Both the position numbers and the translations under genes were made by a program. A stretch of DNA of 64,000 bases from Raillietiella orientalis (lineage: Eukaryota). Below the pieces are notes generated by a model, which saw only the letters and a list, made by a program, of their open reading frames with translations, did no database searches and was not told the DNA's origin. Location of the stretch: positions 186,001 to 250,000 of the forward strand of contig JAYWIR010000086.1 in the NCBI GenBank assembly GCA_036172245.1, in the 5' to 3' direction. This document shows positions 36,201 to 50,147 of this stretch, in pieces (positions within the stretch are counted from its first letter, which is position 1; the number at the start of each line of letters is the position of its first letter).

Positions 36201-39200
36201 ACGCGTCTGAGGATGAAAGAAACGCAGATCGCCTGGGGCGTCCCGGTGGCGAACTCGAAGCCTCCTGACACGAGGTTCACCGGGACCGCGAACGGCGCCG
36301 CTTGCGATGTCACGGGAGAGCGCAGCCTCCCTGCTGCTCCGCCGCCTAGTGGAGGAAAAGGGACCCTTCGCAGCTGGAGATGAGCAGGCGGGGCGAGACA
36401 GGCGCACCCGGCGGGCTCCTGCCGGGAGACCTCCAGCTGCCGGCACCCGGGCCAGCTTGGATTGACGGCACCCCAGCGCACTGTCCGTCCTCCTCTTTGC
36501 CTCGCGGCGACGTGGGGCGCTGATGACGCCTCCTCCGTGCGGCTGTCCGCCGCCATACGCACCTTTCTCCGGCCTGGCCTCGGCCCTGGATCCAGACGCG
36601 CGCCCCCAGGAACCCGAGGTCTTCTTCCTCCCCTCCGGCGCGCGCGTGGGAGGGCAGCCGCCGACCAGTTCCAGGAGGTCCGAGGTGTCGTCTCCTCCTC
36701 CCGCTCGTCCCCGCAGCGACCGGCTGTGGCGCCTCCCATAAGGGGGGGAAGAAAGGGGTGCGCCTGGCTCTCGGTCCGCCTCCAGAAGGCATCCCCGCTT
36801 TGCCCCGCAGCGGGGTCTGTCTGGCAAGAGGCGCGTCCCGGTGAGGCAGAGGATCAGCCCCACTCTCCGAACCCGGGAGATGCGGGCGACCTCGAAGAAG
36901 CGGCCAGAGGGGCGGAGGCGTATCGGGAGCGTCCCGCCCCGACCCCTGACGCTGGCTCTTCTTGGCGCCCCTCAAGCACGTGGCGCAGACGGACCTGCCC
37001 GTAACCGCGGCGACCGGACGGCCGCCTTCTTCCTCGGTGCCGCCCAGCGTCTGCGAGGGGAGGAGGGGGGAGAAAGTGCTCATGGGAGATCCTCATCCCT
37101 CCATCCTCCCCTGCCTTGCTCTTTGCCTCCCGAGTGGTGTCTTACCCAGGAGGCGGATGCCGAACACGACCAGAGCCACAGTCAGGATGTTGGGGTGCCC
37201 CACGCACCTAGTGATGGCGCCAGACGTGACGAGGAACGGCAGACCCGAGAGGGTGCCGATGGTGATGGTCAGTCCCATGAGGGTGCGCTTCGCGCCCAAC
37301 TGGTCCAGGTACCAGAAGAGGAAGCCTTCTATGTAGCCCCAGTAGATCCCTGGAAACGGCAGTAAGAAGGGCGGAGGGTCTCCCGGCGAAGAAGCGGCCA
37401 GGTCTCGCGGGCGAAAGAGAGCCCTTCGGGTCGCCGCCGGTCATTTTTGGACGGCTCGAGGAGGGGAAGCGGTCAGGGGACGAGGAGTCGCGGACTGACC
37501 TTCCCCCTCCCCTTTCCCGTCTCCCGCGCGAAGCCGTCGGCGCCGGATGCCGCAGCTCTAGCTCCACCAAAAAGAAGAGGCGGGCCAGACGACTCTTCTC
37601 CTACCTGGGTCTTTCGCGCGCCGCCCCTCTTGCGGCGGTGGGGTCGAGGGCCTCCCCTCTGTCCCGGTCTGTCGCTGGCGCCAGAGGGACAAGCCCGGGG
37701 TGGGCACCGGCGCCTCCGAGCGAGCGCGAGGAGGAAGGGAGATCCCCTTTCCTCACTCCGGGAGGGCTTACCGGATGCGAACATGATGACCAGGAAACCC
37801 AGAGTGCGGTAGTCCCTCAGCAGCATCCGCATCTCCAGCAGAACCTCCCTCGTAGGACTCTTGAACTGCAAGTCCAGCTGTAGGACGCATAGCGCCGTCA
37901 TCAAGTGGATGGCAAAGTACCCGTAGAAGAGCAGGCTGGAAGAAGCGCCACGGACCTCAGTGGCTCGCCTCAGTCGGGGCAGCAGCCACGAGAGACCCCC
38001 CTATGCGCGTGCGCAGTTCCTCGCGGAGTGGGGTGCGGCCGCCATCCTGGTAGTCTCCAGTATCGCCGCCTCGCTCCGCTGGGAGCAGCGAGGCCCAAGA
38101 CCGGGGGACGCTCGACGGACGCCACCTCCACGCTTGTCCGCAGGAAGGGGGAGACAGGGGAAGGCTGACATCCTTGAGCCCTCCGGCTATGCCTGTCTTT
38201 TCCCTCTGCAGGCGTCGACGCTGCCAGGGGTGGCTGAGAACCGGGGATGCGAGCCCGGGACCGGGATAGGAGAGCCATCGCGCCACCACTTGCGCCCGGA
38301 CGGAGTCAGGGGAGGAATCCCGCGCGTTCCGAACCGAGCAGTGGAAAAAAGAGCGCCCGGGGGAGGGGAAGGAAGCTCTCGCAAGCGGTCGCGGAGCGCC
38401 GCCGTCTCTCCAAGGAACTCGCCCGGTGACGCCTCCTCCTGGAGGAATGTGCAAGCCCGAGCTATGGGAAGCCGAGGCAACTGTGGATGGCCCGGAGCGC
38501 GCTGTCCCTCGGCGACGAGGTCAGCGGACCGAGAGTGGTCCGGGAGAAGGGAGGGGGAGGGAAGATTCGATCCCTGTTACCTGTAGCTGTCTCGGCGGCC
38601 CTCGCTCGCCTGCCAGAGATCCAGCAGGTATCCCAGCAGGGGCGCCGAGATCATCGTGCCCAGGGCGCTCCACAGCCGCTGCAGACCGTAGTCTCCCCCG
38701 CGCCTGCCGACGATGGCGATGGCGGCTCCCTCGAAGAGCATGAAGGACGCAGCCAGGAGGGAGCCCTGCAGCACCCGGACTACCAAGTAGCTCCAGAAGG
38801 ACGCAGCCGGGAGGTAGGCGGCGGCTCCGCCGTCGGGCGGGCAGGGCTCCTCAAGGGGCAGGAAGACGAGGACCCCCCACGGGCAGTCCTCGAGGGAGCC
38901 TCCGGGCTCCGACTCCTCCTCTTCGCACCAGGCATCCTCGGACGTTTCCAGGAAGCTCAGCGTCCAGAGGTCGCCCCGGGGCACCGCCGCCGCCACCTCC
39001 TCCCTCGGGAGCAGCTCGATGGAGCCCGGCGGCCCCGAAGCGTTGCGGCTCTCGTAAAAGGAGGAGCCGCCATCCAGGGAGAAGGAGGGAAGGGCCTCGG
39101 CCCTTCCCGGGCGAGGAGATGCGCCCTCGCTGCAGGCGTACCCGGGTAGCGCCCTCGTCACGTTGAGTCGGACGCCCCCTCCGGGAAGGGCGAGCCGGCA

Positions 39201-42200
39201 GCCGCTGCCGAGGCGCCCCATGGCGGCGGCGTCGATGGTCAGGTTGCCACCCTCGCAGGGGGCAAAGACAGATGAACGCGCGTCCTCGGACTCGGCCGCC
39301 GGGCGGGCCCTCGGGACGGGCAGGTACAGCAGCCCGCTGCATCCCATCAGGAAAATCAGGAAGCTGAGGAGGACCTGCGGAGAGGGAGGTCGCGTGACGC
39401 AAGCGGCGGGAGGAGAGGCCACACCTTCCCTTTCCCCCAGAGGGGACCGTTCCGACGGAGGGAGGGAGGGTGGAGCAGCGTTCCCTCACCTTGAAGTTCC
39501 CGATCTTGTCAGCGAGGAGTCCCGCCGCGGGCGGCACGAAGAGGGTCACGATGGGCAGGATGCTGAAGATGATGGCCATCTCTTGCACGTTCAGTCCCAG
39601 GGCCTTCATGTGGATCACCAGGTAGGGGAGGAAGGCCACTCCCGCTGGAAATTAACCGGAAAGCCGTTTCAGGGGGGGGGTCGGCTGGGCACCGCTGGAA
39701 GGAGGCGCGCCGCAGGGCTGGTTCTTTCCGCTTCCTCCCCCCTCCTCCCTTGCCCTGTCTCCCCTCCTCCTCCACCGCTCGGAGCCTTCCCTCTCTCCAC
39801 CCACCCACCGACGTCACATACAGGGCGGGGCGTCCGAGCGGAACGCGGAGTACCCGCCGCCTTCGGATGGCCGCCGCTGCTCCTTGGGACTCCCTTCATT
39901 GTCGTTCCGTCTCTTTCGCTTTCGCCTGAGCGCCTTCATCCGTTCGGAAAGGGAGGAGAAGAAGGAATAGGAGGGAAGAGGAAGCGTGCTCCCTCCCGGA
40001 AGTAGGGTTCTGCTGAGGAGCACCCGCGGCGTCTCATTTTCCCCTCCTTCTTTCCGACCAGCTCTTCTTCGCGGGGAGCTCCCCTCCCTTACGGCAGCTA
40101 ATTTTTTCCTCCCTGCATCCGCTCCTTTTTTCTTGTCAACCCCGTCCCTGCCCTTGGTTCCCCACCCGAACGCTGCCCTCCGGAGAACGCATTCACGGAG
40201 AGACCGTGCAAGACTCCCACCCCCCTATTGGCACCTCACCCACCCTCCCATCGGTCGCACAGAGTGAGGCCGCGCCGGCGACCCACGGTTTGGGAGCTCC
40301 CCCGCACGCCGGAATCCTCGTGCAGTGCCGCCGTAACATTCTCGAGCGGGTAGGGAAGAAGGAGAGGCCTGCAGACACCCCCGTGAGAAAGGCCGTGGGG
40401 CGGGGCAGGCTCAGAGCTCTCTTCCCCGCTGAGGAGTGAGGACACCTCGGCGGAGAGGTCGCTCGGGGCGAATCTTGTTGGGGTTCTCCCCCATCCTCAG
40501 AGGGGAGGGAGGATGGAATCTCCCCCGCACCAGCGAAGGTTCCTGAATCGAAGAGAGCACACGCTGCTCCCGGGCCTCCTTCTCCTTGGGCGACTCCGAC
40601 TCCCCACCGCCCCCGAAAGTGTCCCTTCGTCGGTTCTTCTCCGGGACCCGAGGAAGATGGTTGAGGAAGAAGAGTGGCAGACTCCCTAGGGTCTAACTGG
40701 GACTTCGGCTTCCTCCGTGCTCCTCCGTGTTTCCGCGCCAGTCCACGCCCTCCAAGGAGGTGCTGCTGCGTCTGGAGTCGGCAAAGAAGGGGTACCCTTC
40801 CAGCGTCACTTCCCCGCAGAGGAGCGCGGTCGGAAGGCTCGGAGGGTGAGTGGATGGGCCACGGGACAGCCGGCGGACGTGAAACCCCTAGCGCCCTTCC
40901 ACGTGGGCTTATATGCTGGGGAGAGCTGCTCGGCATCCTTAAGGAAGACTTGGAGTGACCCCCGGTGCTCGTGGGCAGCAGCGTCCTCCCAGGGCGCCCC
41001 GGAACTCCCGTGTTCTTGCTTTCGAGCTCCCTCGACGATGGTTGCAAGTCGCAGTTCTTGCCGCCCTCGTTCCATCCCCTCTCCTTTCCCGTCCTCCCCT
41101 ACCTACGGAAAGCGTCGAGCGTCTCACACCAGCATCATCCTTTTCCATTTTTTCATTCTTTCCCAACTCCTTCCCCCTCCCCCCCATAGCCGCTCAGTTC
41201 GGTGGTCATGTGCCTTTGCCCTCCCCAGGGGCCCGCTTCACCCTGCAGCTTAGCACAGGGCAAAAAGGAAAAGCAAACTCAAACCGCTGCACACCTGGAA
41301 TCAAAGCAGCTCCAAGCAGCGGACCTTCCGAGGCTGCTGCTACTGCGACGTTTCGAGGAGGCTGAAACCCGGCTCGAAACCACGCGGCAGGAACCGTGCG
41401 GGAACCTAGACAAAGTCACCCCCCTGCTTGCCCTTCAGGCTGGGGTTCCTCCGAACCGTGGTTTCATGCTGAACGACACCCAGCAACGAAGCGTCGCCAA
41501 GGGAACGCTCTGTTGACTTGCGACGCCCGTCGAAGGCTTCGAGAGCACGCGCGAGGCGGACCGGAAACACATGAGGAGCATCAACACGTGGAAGCGACGG
41601 ATATGCGAGGAACGTTGGATGCTCTAGGAGGGGCTGCTGGCATCACTCCGAAGGATAACCCGCTGGTGGGAATCTACCGTTCTTCACTGCAGCCGTCTTC
41701 ATATGACGGCGGAGGATAGGAGGCGGGCAGCGGACGGCAGCCAAAGAAGCGGTCGAAAGACATTGCCGCAAGCAGAGACTGCTCCTTCAGAAATGCTCCG
41801 AAAGTTACTGAGGAAAAGCAGTAGTTCTCAGCATGGATGTTGAAAGACCAGAAACTTTCGAATTTTTTTTCGCAAATGATGCAACCCGCGTTGTAAAATG
41901 CAAAAAGATAAACTCGCCAAGTGAAAAACGCATCTTCACTGATTCTGCACGCATGCATCAGAGAACGGAGAAGCACGGAAAGCTCCAGCGTGTGAACCCG
42001 TGTGTGTGTGTGTGTGTGTGTGTTGCTGCCTCCAGTGCCGCTCCTGGGGAACAAACAGCGGCTGACGCAGCGACGCTGTTACCCCGTGTGACTTGACCAC
42101 GAAGCCATGCCGATGCGGGCAGGAGACGGAGACAGACCGAGTAATTGGTTCTGCTCTGGAGCGTTTTGTTCCGCTCTTGCCTTCGTGACAACCCGGGACA

Positions 42201-43299
42201 ACGCGGAAACCGAATCGTCCACTCTGCAAGTGCGGCGGCTGAATGCCATCCCGTCCGGGAGGGATGAAGAACCAGCCCGGGCAATCGCTGGTTGTCCATG
42301 GCTGACTGCAATACAAACCTCAGAAGCTTCTTCCCGAGGGAGGTTCGTTTCTTTGCCGCGCTGTGGCGTATGTCTCCCGAGACCTCAGCGATTCGACTAA
42401 CGGGAACAGCCGGTCAGGTTTCCAGATTGCGATCCCGAAACGGGATTGACTTGAGGAGCGTAGGGAGTGCAGAATATTTCGGTGTGCACCGTGCCACACC
42501 ACACGCGTTCTTGCACGGTAGTGCAAAGAAGGTACTAAGGTTACGGGCGCGCTATTCTCCCTCGTCTAAGGACCTATTGGGATGCACCTGGAGGTTTCCA
42601 GAACGGCGCGACTGGGGCTCCCCGTTCACGGGAAAAAGTCATCGGGATGGAAAACGGGATGGGAAGCGGGAACGTTTGCAGTGCTGAGCAGGCATCCGGC
42701 GGCCAACAGCGAAGGATGGAGTGATCTTGAGGAAGATCGGAAGACCGATCTCCGATTTCCGCATTCTCCGTATTTTTGCAGACGCGAGAAAACACGAAAG
42801 TCACGTCAGGTTCGCCGATGCCACCGGAAGCAGTTTTACGATTCCCGGGGCTTAGCAGGCAAATTTCTGCGTGGTTGGGGCAGCACAGAGAGCATTCCGG
42901 AGGTGGCCACAGATTCATCCCACTCTTCCGCGAAACCCACGAGCAAGGCAGATCCCGAAAGGCGACGCAGAACCGAACAGTCATATTTACTTATTTATTC
43001 TGTTTCATCTTACGAGAAAACATGGCTTTACTCTACGATTGCGTCATCTCTTCATGATCCCAGAACCGTGCCGTCACACGAAAAGTTGGTTAACAAATAA
43101 TGAGCTCACCTCCAAGTAACGTGAAGAAGCCAAACTTTATGGACATGAAATCTTTTTGAAAGAGGTCCTCACAGACGGTACTGCTAAAATCGATTACTTT
43201 ATTTAATCCGAAGTCATTCATAATGCTCCTGCTTTTTTCCGAAGATTTGTCACTCGCTACTACACGATTCTTCTCGGAAAAACTCTTGTCCAGCTCCAT
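33293..43299 (-). CDS. MFSD6: Major facilitator superfamily transporter, MFSD6-like (MFS_1_like)
   Basis: Exons 43299-43110, 39644-39490, 39374-38581, 37935-37772, 37349-37146, 33773-33606, 33531-33293 join in phase. Motifs IKFGFFTLLGAGVAFLPYLVIHMKALGL, GLLADKIGNFK, DYGLQRLWSALG, WGYIEGFLFWYLDQLGA, ITTMQGMSAGVHYGLGRSVGSLIGG; Cys-containing loop between the first TM blocks. Family-level call; exact orthology uncertain. Confidence 0.88.
33802..34160. repeat. 74-bp minisatellite, ~4.8 copies, in an MFSD6 intron
   Basis: Unit CGTTTCGTTTCATTGTTGACTCCTCCCCGCCGCAGGGAACGGCGCCGACACTTCCTTCCTTCCCCCCTCCCCCT starts at 33802, 33876, 33950, 34024 and 34099; the first three copies look identical and the last two are diverged. 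Confidence 0.95.
42000..42023. repeat. (GT)n microsatellite
   Basis: About 12 GT units read directly. Confidence 0.9.
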
Positions 43300-45639
43300 G
43301 ATCGCCAAAGGATTCACAGTTTGTCTTAATTATGCTTATGGTTTCGCCTTTGATGTGGTTCGATTCAATTAAAGTCGGACGCACTCTAAACCTCTGACTT
43401 GAGGAAGCGGGATGGTGAGATCTGGTTTTTATCGCCCGAAGATAAATACGAGACACTTTTTTGCCTTCATCAGAAAATACAACTGACACAGAAGGAAGGC
43501 TCTGGAGTCCTAATACTCCCAAGAATAACAGAAATTAGATAATCTTGGAAACGACCGGTATCTATTGTTTCCCGATGGAAAAAGTATACACACTGTATAC
43601 AAAGTGGCATAACCATGTGTGCGGGAATCTCCAGGACACGCTGAGCATAGTGACATCTATAAGCTCATTTAAATAGTGATTACATGTCTCTGCGTGCTCA
43701 TTACAAACATGGAGGTTCGGTGGGCACACGCAGGAAGAGGAGGCAACCCGTACGGAAGGTGCCAGCCAGATCCCGTGTACCGTTCCTTGTACGCTTTTCC
43801 AATCTCCTGTACACCCACGCGATCGCGTGGATCTCTCACCTTCAGGTCACTTGGCCTTGCCTTGAGCTTTCGGTCGACAAAAGGAAATTCGGAAAAGTAG
43901 CAAAACTTTAATTTGGAAAAAATAAATAAATAAATTCCGAGATGCACGGCAAATCAAGCCGATGGCAGGCAAAGCTTTCTCCAGATGATGAAAGCTGATG
44001 AAATGGGCGAGGGATGTTTGCGCAGTGGCAGGAGCTGCGAAAACGACAAAAAGGAAAAGAAGAAAGGGAAGGGGGGGGGGGGGAACCTCTTTTGCAGCGG
44101 ATACCTCGTAAAGTGAAAAACATCAGATTTGATGGCTCTATTCAAGCCTTGCGCATTGTGTTTATCCCGTGGAACGGCGCAGCAAAGCATCAACTTGCGA
44201 AAAAACGCGCCCCATTGTTCCTCGGATGCCATAAAGCTGGCCATCCAGCATCCGTAGGGAGGTGGACACGAAGGTCTTTGTTTGCACAGAAAGGGAACCA
44301 AGAGCTCTTCAGGCCTCGCGGATTCGCTGTGTCCGCCCTTCCCGACGACGTATGGGGAAAAAAAGTGTTTGTCGTGAAAGCACGCGCGCGCACACAGAGA
44401 GGGAACTTCAGGCTCGGCATCCGAAGCGCACTTGCAGGAGGGAAGAAGATGCAGCCTTCCTCCCCGGAGCTCGGGAAGAGGAGGAGGGGGCGGGGGGAAC
44501 AAATGCCGGGAAACTCGCGGTGCAAGCAGTTTCGAGAGTTCCTTTCCAACTTAGCACGTCGTCCAGATCCAAGCACAACCCGTAAATCACAGTTTTTTTC
44601 GACATTGTGCTCTCTTGGAGGGACGGTCACTTTTCCTTTTGCTCACCAGGACGGGTGCGACAGACAGAGCTCGCGCAGCGAAACTTTACCGACAGCCTCT
44701 CCTTCTGAACATCGGCTTTCCGGAAACACGGCAAAACACGCAAGCGGTGGAGCGGGTGAACTAGCAAAGCTAATCGGGGAATTTGCGCTTTTTTCTCTTC
44801 TTTTTTTTTTTTTTTTGCCATGACGAGAAAGCTCTCGAGTGTGCCCGAGGTCACTCCTGATCTTCGACTCGAATTCCCTGCTTCGGGGAATTTCAGGAAG
44901 CTGGTTGAAGTAACCGCAAAATCCAAGAGTCACTGCAAGTCATGGATGCAGGGTGCCCGGACTTCGGAACTTCCCCCTCCCCCCCTCGTCCGACAACGTG
45001 TACATGTACACGGTGGTGCTTCTGCTGGCCACGACGGTGGCCGCACCGTTTCTCTCAAGACGAGATCGCAGGCCTGTAATCTCCCCTGCACGAGTCATGG
45101 CTCCTTCTGGTTACTCCCTGGAAACGTGTGCCTGATGGTGTGAATTGGTTCCTCCTCCCTGGTCGCGGATCGTTCCCAAGGGCTGCTGCCTCTCCAGGCC
45201 CCGGGAGTTGGGCAAAAAGTCTCTCGTTTCTCCTTGCAGGCTTCCCACGTTCCTTTCAAAGTATCAAGGTGAAGGTTGCTTGGTTGGTCGCCCGGCGCTC
45301 ATTTTGCATTTCCGCTGGCAAACGAGCTAAAAATAAACCAACTAGGAAACCGAGGAGGAAGTCGAAAATAACATTCTGCAAGCAAACAACGCAAGGTTTC
45401 GTTTTTTTTTTTTTTTCCTTTTCTTTTCTTTTCCCTTTGTTTTTTTGTTTTTTTTTCCAGAAAGCAATCCCGAACTCGAAACGTTGAAAATTTCCGCCTG
45501 AAAGGTGAGGAAGGAAATTCTGGAATCGAGTTGTCAGCACATGTGGATGCACGTGACAGGCAGAGGCTGGTTTCCACGGGACACGGAACATTTGTTAGCT
45601 TTCGTCTCCTGTGACGGATCTTTTAAAATCCATTTTTAA

Positions 45640-45680
45640 CTCTCTCTCTCCTCCTCTCTTGCGAGAGAGAGAGAGAGAAG
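45640..45680. repeat. Adjacent (CT)n and (GA)n tracts forming a small foldback
   Basis: CTCTCTCTCTCCTCCTCTCTT-GC-GAGAGAGAGAGAGAGAAG. Confidence 0.7.
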
Positions 45681-48600
45681 CCACATCCAGAGTTCTTCGA
45701 TCAAAGTAGAGAGGGCTCCCGGCACCCCTCTCCGATCCTTCTGGTCAACCCATTTCGCATACTATGGAGACCAGGAGGAAGATCCACCGAACTGAGACCC
45801 CGCCTCGTATCCGTCGCAGAGACTCGTGGCCTGCAAAGTGCAAATAGGGAAAGACCTACGACACATCCTCTGCAAAATGTCTAAAAATAACTCATGGCAT
45901 TTGCTAGAAGAAAAAAAAAACTCTTGCTCTTCAAATTCTCCAGTCGATCGTCGGCTGCACGAAAGTTCCTTCCTTCTTCAAGGAGAAGAAAGGAAAATTA
46001 TCGCTCCGTGATGGAAGGGACCGACGACTGAAAGATGCATGGAAGGGTCACCGCGCTGCCACAGGTGACAGGGTTCGCTCTGGCACGCCACGGAGAGGCA
46101 GATGCGTCCGCGAATATGCGCGCGCGCGCGAGCGCGGGCGTCTATTTGTAAGTACGGGCGTGCGTGCGTGGGTGGGTGGTGAGAGCGAGTGCGTGTGGGC
46201 TCGTTCTGGAGGCCGGGCCGTCGATGATGGATTTGAGAAGGGCGAAAGGAGTGATTCGAGGGGGCTGCAGCTCGCGCGCCCTGCTTCCACGCCTCGGAAT
46301 CGGGTCCAACCGTTTTGGGGGAAGCGGAGGCCATCATTCGATGATCTCCAGCTGCCGTTATCCCTGGATACCCAGGGTGTGGTTCTTCCCCGCCAGGGCA
46401 GAAGTCTCTAATAGTAATCTCTGTTCGAGTGAGGTCTTCTCGCCACACTCTGCTATTCCCCTCCTCCCTCCCCTTCCTCTCCTTCTTCCCCTTGGCTTCT
46501 CCAGGGTTCATTCCGGGCGAACTCGCGTGAAAGTGGGAGCTTTGGTTTCACGGAAGCCGCGACGGCTCGCTGGTGGAGGAAGGAATGAAGCACCCCACCC
46601 CTGTGCGCCGCGGGGCATAAATTCAGGGAGGGATTCCTCCACTTGACTCCTGCCTCGGCTCAAATACCCGTCGATGCCCGCGCCTTCGCTCCCAAGGCAT
46701 CCAGAGAGTACGCGGGCTCTCTTCCGATAGCAGCAATAGTGGTGCAGTGGAGGCAGCGACCCGGGCATCCCTCCGCCGGCGTCCCGGAGGGCATTGCCGC
46801 GGCGTCCAGACGAAGCTCTGAGAGAACCGGAAGTCGCTTCTCTCCGGTGTGAAAGGGGGAGGATGAGTCAGCGAGGCACGAGGATTCTCGGCTGGGCGGA
46901 CGCGTTGCGTCCTCTCCTCACGAGTCCTCACCTGCCGGTCAGATTTTACCCTCTTCCTCCACCACCACCCCCATCCTCCTCCACCTGCTACATGAGCAGA
47001 AACGACGAAAAGTGCGCAGAGGGCATCCTCGCGTTGCGAACGAAAGTGAAAAGTGACGTGGGTCATGGATCCCCCGAGTGTGAGGAGGAAGGAATGGATC
47101 TAGGCAAACCATCTAGAGAACCCTTCTGCCGTCGTACGTGAAGACAAGAGAGATTCCGCACCGGAAGATTCAATCCGTCGGAAACGCGATCAGCTCCCTG
47201 GTTCCACTCGCGGCGCGCTCGCTCGCAGACATGCAGCGAGGACACTCACGCCGGCAGCCGCAGCCGCAGGCACTGCAGCTACCCGTCCCAAAGGTCCAGA
47301 AGAAGGCCGACCCTTGACCGTCCTCGAGTGGGGGAGCCCTCGAGAGTGATTGGAGAAACAAACAGAAGGGAAGAGGGAGGGTCTTTATGATTTGAACGCG
47401 GACCTCCTTGACGCAGAGGAAGCCTCACGGTGCAAGAATCATCAGGGAGTCGGAGGCGATCCTCCCGAAAGGCGGAGGGATCTTTGTGAAGCGAGGACCA
47501 CCCCGCAGGGACCACATCTGCCTAATCTCTTTCTCGCAGGACGGAATGGCATGGCTTGCGGACGATAAAAAGATGCACCCTTCAAAGTAGACGGCACTCT
47601 AGGAAAAAGTATTGATTCCGAGTCTATCTGAAACACATCCGGGCGCCGGCTTCTCTCTATACGTGCAATCTCGCTGGGATGATTCTGCAGAGCAACAAAA
47701 CTGTAGTGGAAAACGCACTGACTTCACAAAGAATTCCTCAAGTTCACATCAAGATGTGTCTAGCATGACTCAATTGGGCCGAAAAATGAAGCGACGCCAT
47801 GTACAGATTCCTATCTACAGACGTTGATATTTGCGCCGAAACTTGCTGGTCCTGTATAAGGTTTCCACAAAATATTTCAGATCAGCAACCAGAAGGAAAA
47901 AGATCCAGAAAGTATGTGTGCTGAAGAAGGGAGGCACACAGCAAACCGTTTAAGGGCCGAGCCCATCATTTGGCAGGCTTACAAGCCATTGTGCCGTTAC
48001 TGTTGTCTTTAAAAGCAGCCTGTCTGTCTGCTAATATGTACTTTAGTTCATAAACGATTAGATTTAATTGAAAGAAGTTTGAAAGAAAGGAGAGGGAGGG
48101 CACTGTCATTGTAATATTTGTAGATTTGATAACCCACAGACAGAAGAATGGCTGAGATTGCACTTTTGGTTCTGCCTTGGCTAAAACGATCGTCTAATGG
48201 TAACAACGCTGACAGTATCACAGTTTCCCACACATTTGCTTTTCAAGTCGATGCTGATGTCCCATCTCTGAAACCTAGGATATCCTACCTAGAGTGCAAT
48301 AAAAGTTTTGAGAGTATGCTAGCAGTATTTAAAAAAACAAAAATTCCTTCATCCATGCTTGCTTGCAGAAGCACAAGTTGCAAATCTAAGCTTATGATCC
48401 CATCTGGTAAACCTGGAAAACCATATGTCTTTGGTAAAGGGACGTTCACAGTATCACTCAAGTCTCTGATCTGTTGAGGATTTCGACCCATCTCCATAAA
48501 CATTATTTATAGTCAGTAGAAACAACAAGGATTTGCCGACTGCATCGTTGTTGATTGTTTCAAAAATGGTAGTAGAGTTAAGAATAGTTCAGCTCATGAT

Positions 48601-49752
48601 TCCCCAAGCTGGAAATCATTTTTTAATTGCCAGATACAAAATGAAATTATGATGTCCATAAGGCGTCCCGCGGAACTGGGCACTGCTGCTAGACGAAGAG
48701 CTGACTATCCAGAAATGAACATGGCCTCGCCAACATGCCAACTTTGCAATTTCTATGCTTTATTTTTGTATTTTATGTCTGTGTGAAGACACTCCGTTTG
48801 ATTGCATTAGTATTTTGTATACTTTTTTATCGATTTCTTCGCTGAAGTTAGGCAAGCTTTTAAAGTGTGAAATAAGTTTTCATTGAAGGTCTTACGATCG
48901 CTGAACTTTCGACCGTGATCCAGGAATCAATCAATTTATAAGTACGAGGATCACACACATATGTTTTTAACAAAAAGCTCACACTTTTCATAAAACTCTC
49001 ATCCTTGAGACAAGCTAATAAACCTGATGGCAGAAGTCATTCATAATAGTTTCTTAAAGATTTCTTGGAAATGAAAGTGCTTTCATATCATATTCATCAT
49101 CAATTACATTTAAATAAGCAAAGTTCCAAGTAGTTATCAGCAGAACTTGTTAAATTGCATACAAAATACTTAATACACTTCAGATTTTGAACAAATTTTT
49201 TCAAAAAGGGATTTGATGAAAAAAACTAAAAAAAATCGAGTATTCCAACGCGATAAACAGGATTCGAGAGATGCGGCTATTTTGTTCGTTAGACTCGGCA
49301 ATAATATTAGCGCAAATTGTTACAGAAGGATAAAAATTGCTGGATCAACGCTAATTAGAAAAAGATAAACACTACTTTAGTAATACTCTGAAGTAGTGCC
49401 GTAAGAGTGTAGAGTATGAGAGTGTATGTAGAGTGTAGAGTAGAGTATGCGTAAAATATTCTTGGAATTAGCAAAATGGGGTACATATCGTAAACTTTCA
49501 TACATTTTCATCCATGTAGGTGTGCATATGATGCATATCGGTCGTTTTGATGACTGTAGAAACTGAGAAAATTCTTTTTTTATTTGACCTGAGAATTCGA
49601 AAGCTATTTATGACAAAATATATAAAAAGGGAAACTTACTTTTGTCTGTGACTCATAAGTAGCATAAACAGAGCCAAAAAAGATTATTTAGAAAGGACAA
49701 AAAGAAATTTATGATAGTAAAATATAAAGAAAAGAAAACAGAAGATAGATCT

Positions 49753-50147
49753 TAATGTTTATTTGTTCTTTAAATCTGAAGTTCTCAATGGAATAAAGCT
49801 TCAAAGATTTATTTCATATTTGATGAGAACTCAATTTACATTAGAAACACAGAATAAAAGTGATTCTGGAAATAGTGTACGGAAATTTGAGCACTTTGAT
49901 TGAAATTGGGTAGTCACTAAGGTAAGCTACCTCGATTTGAGTGAAGATCCCAATGAAGATCAAATCGAGGTGGCTTACCTTAGTGATTACCCAATTTCAA
50001 TCAAAGTGCTCAAATTTCCGTACACTATTTCCAGAATCACTTTTATTCTGTGTTTCTAATGTAAATTGAGTTCTCATCAAATATGAAATAAATCTTTGAA
50101 GCTTTATTCCATTGAGAACTTCAGATTTAAAGAACGAATAAATATTA
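49753..50147. repeat. Long inverted repeat: 188-bp arms, 19-nt spacer, 4 mismatches
   Basis: Left arm 49753-49940, spacer GTGAAGATCCCAATGAAGA 49941-49959, right arm 49960-50147; 184/188 complementary by manual comparison. Confidence 0.97.

Noticed and set aside
33959..37083. Long ORFs of 200-421 aa in the MFSD6 intron
   Set aside because: R/P/G/S-rich translations open in several frames on both strands, as expected from very high GC; no recognisable domain.
47380..47435. Fourth tRNA-like head (rc GGTCCGCGTTCAAATC)
   Set aside because: B-box-like only; I could not align the adjacent sequence to the SINE body.
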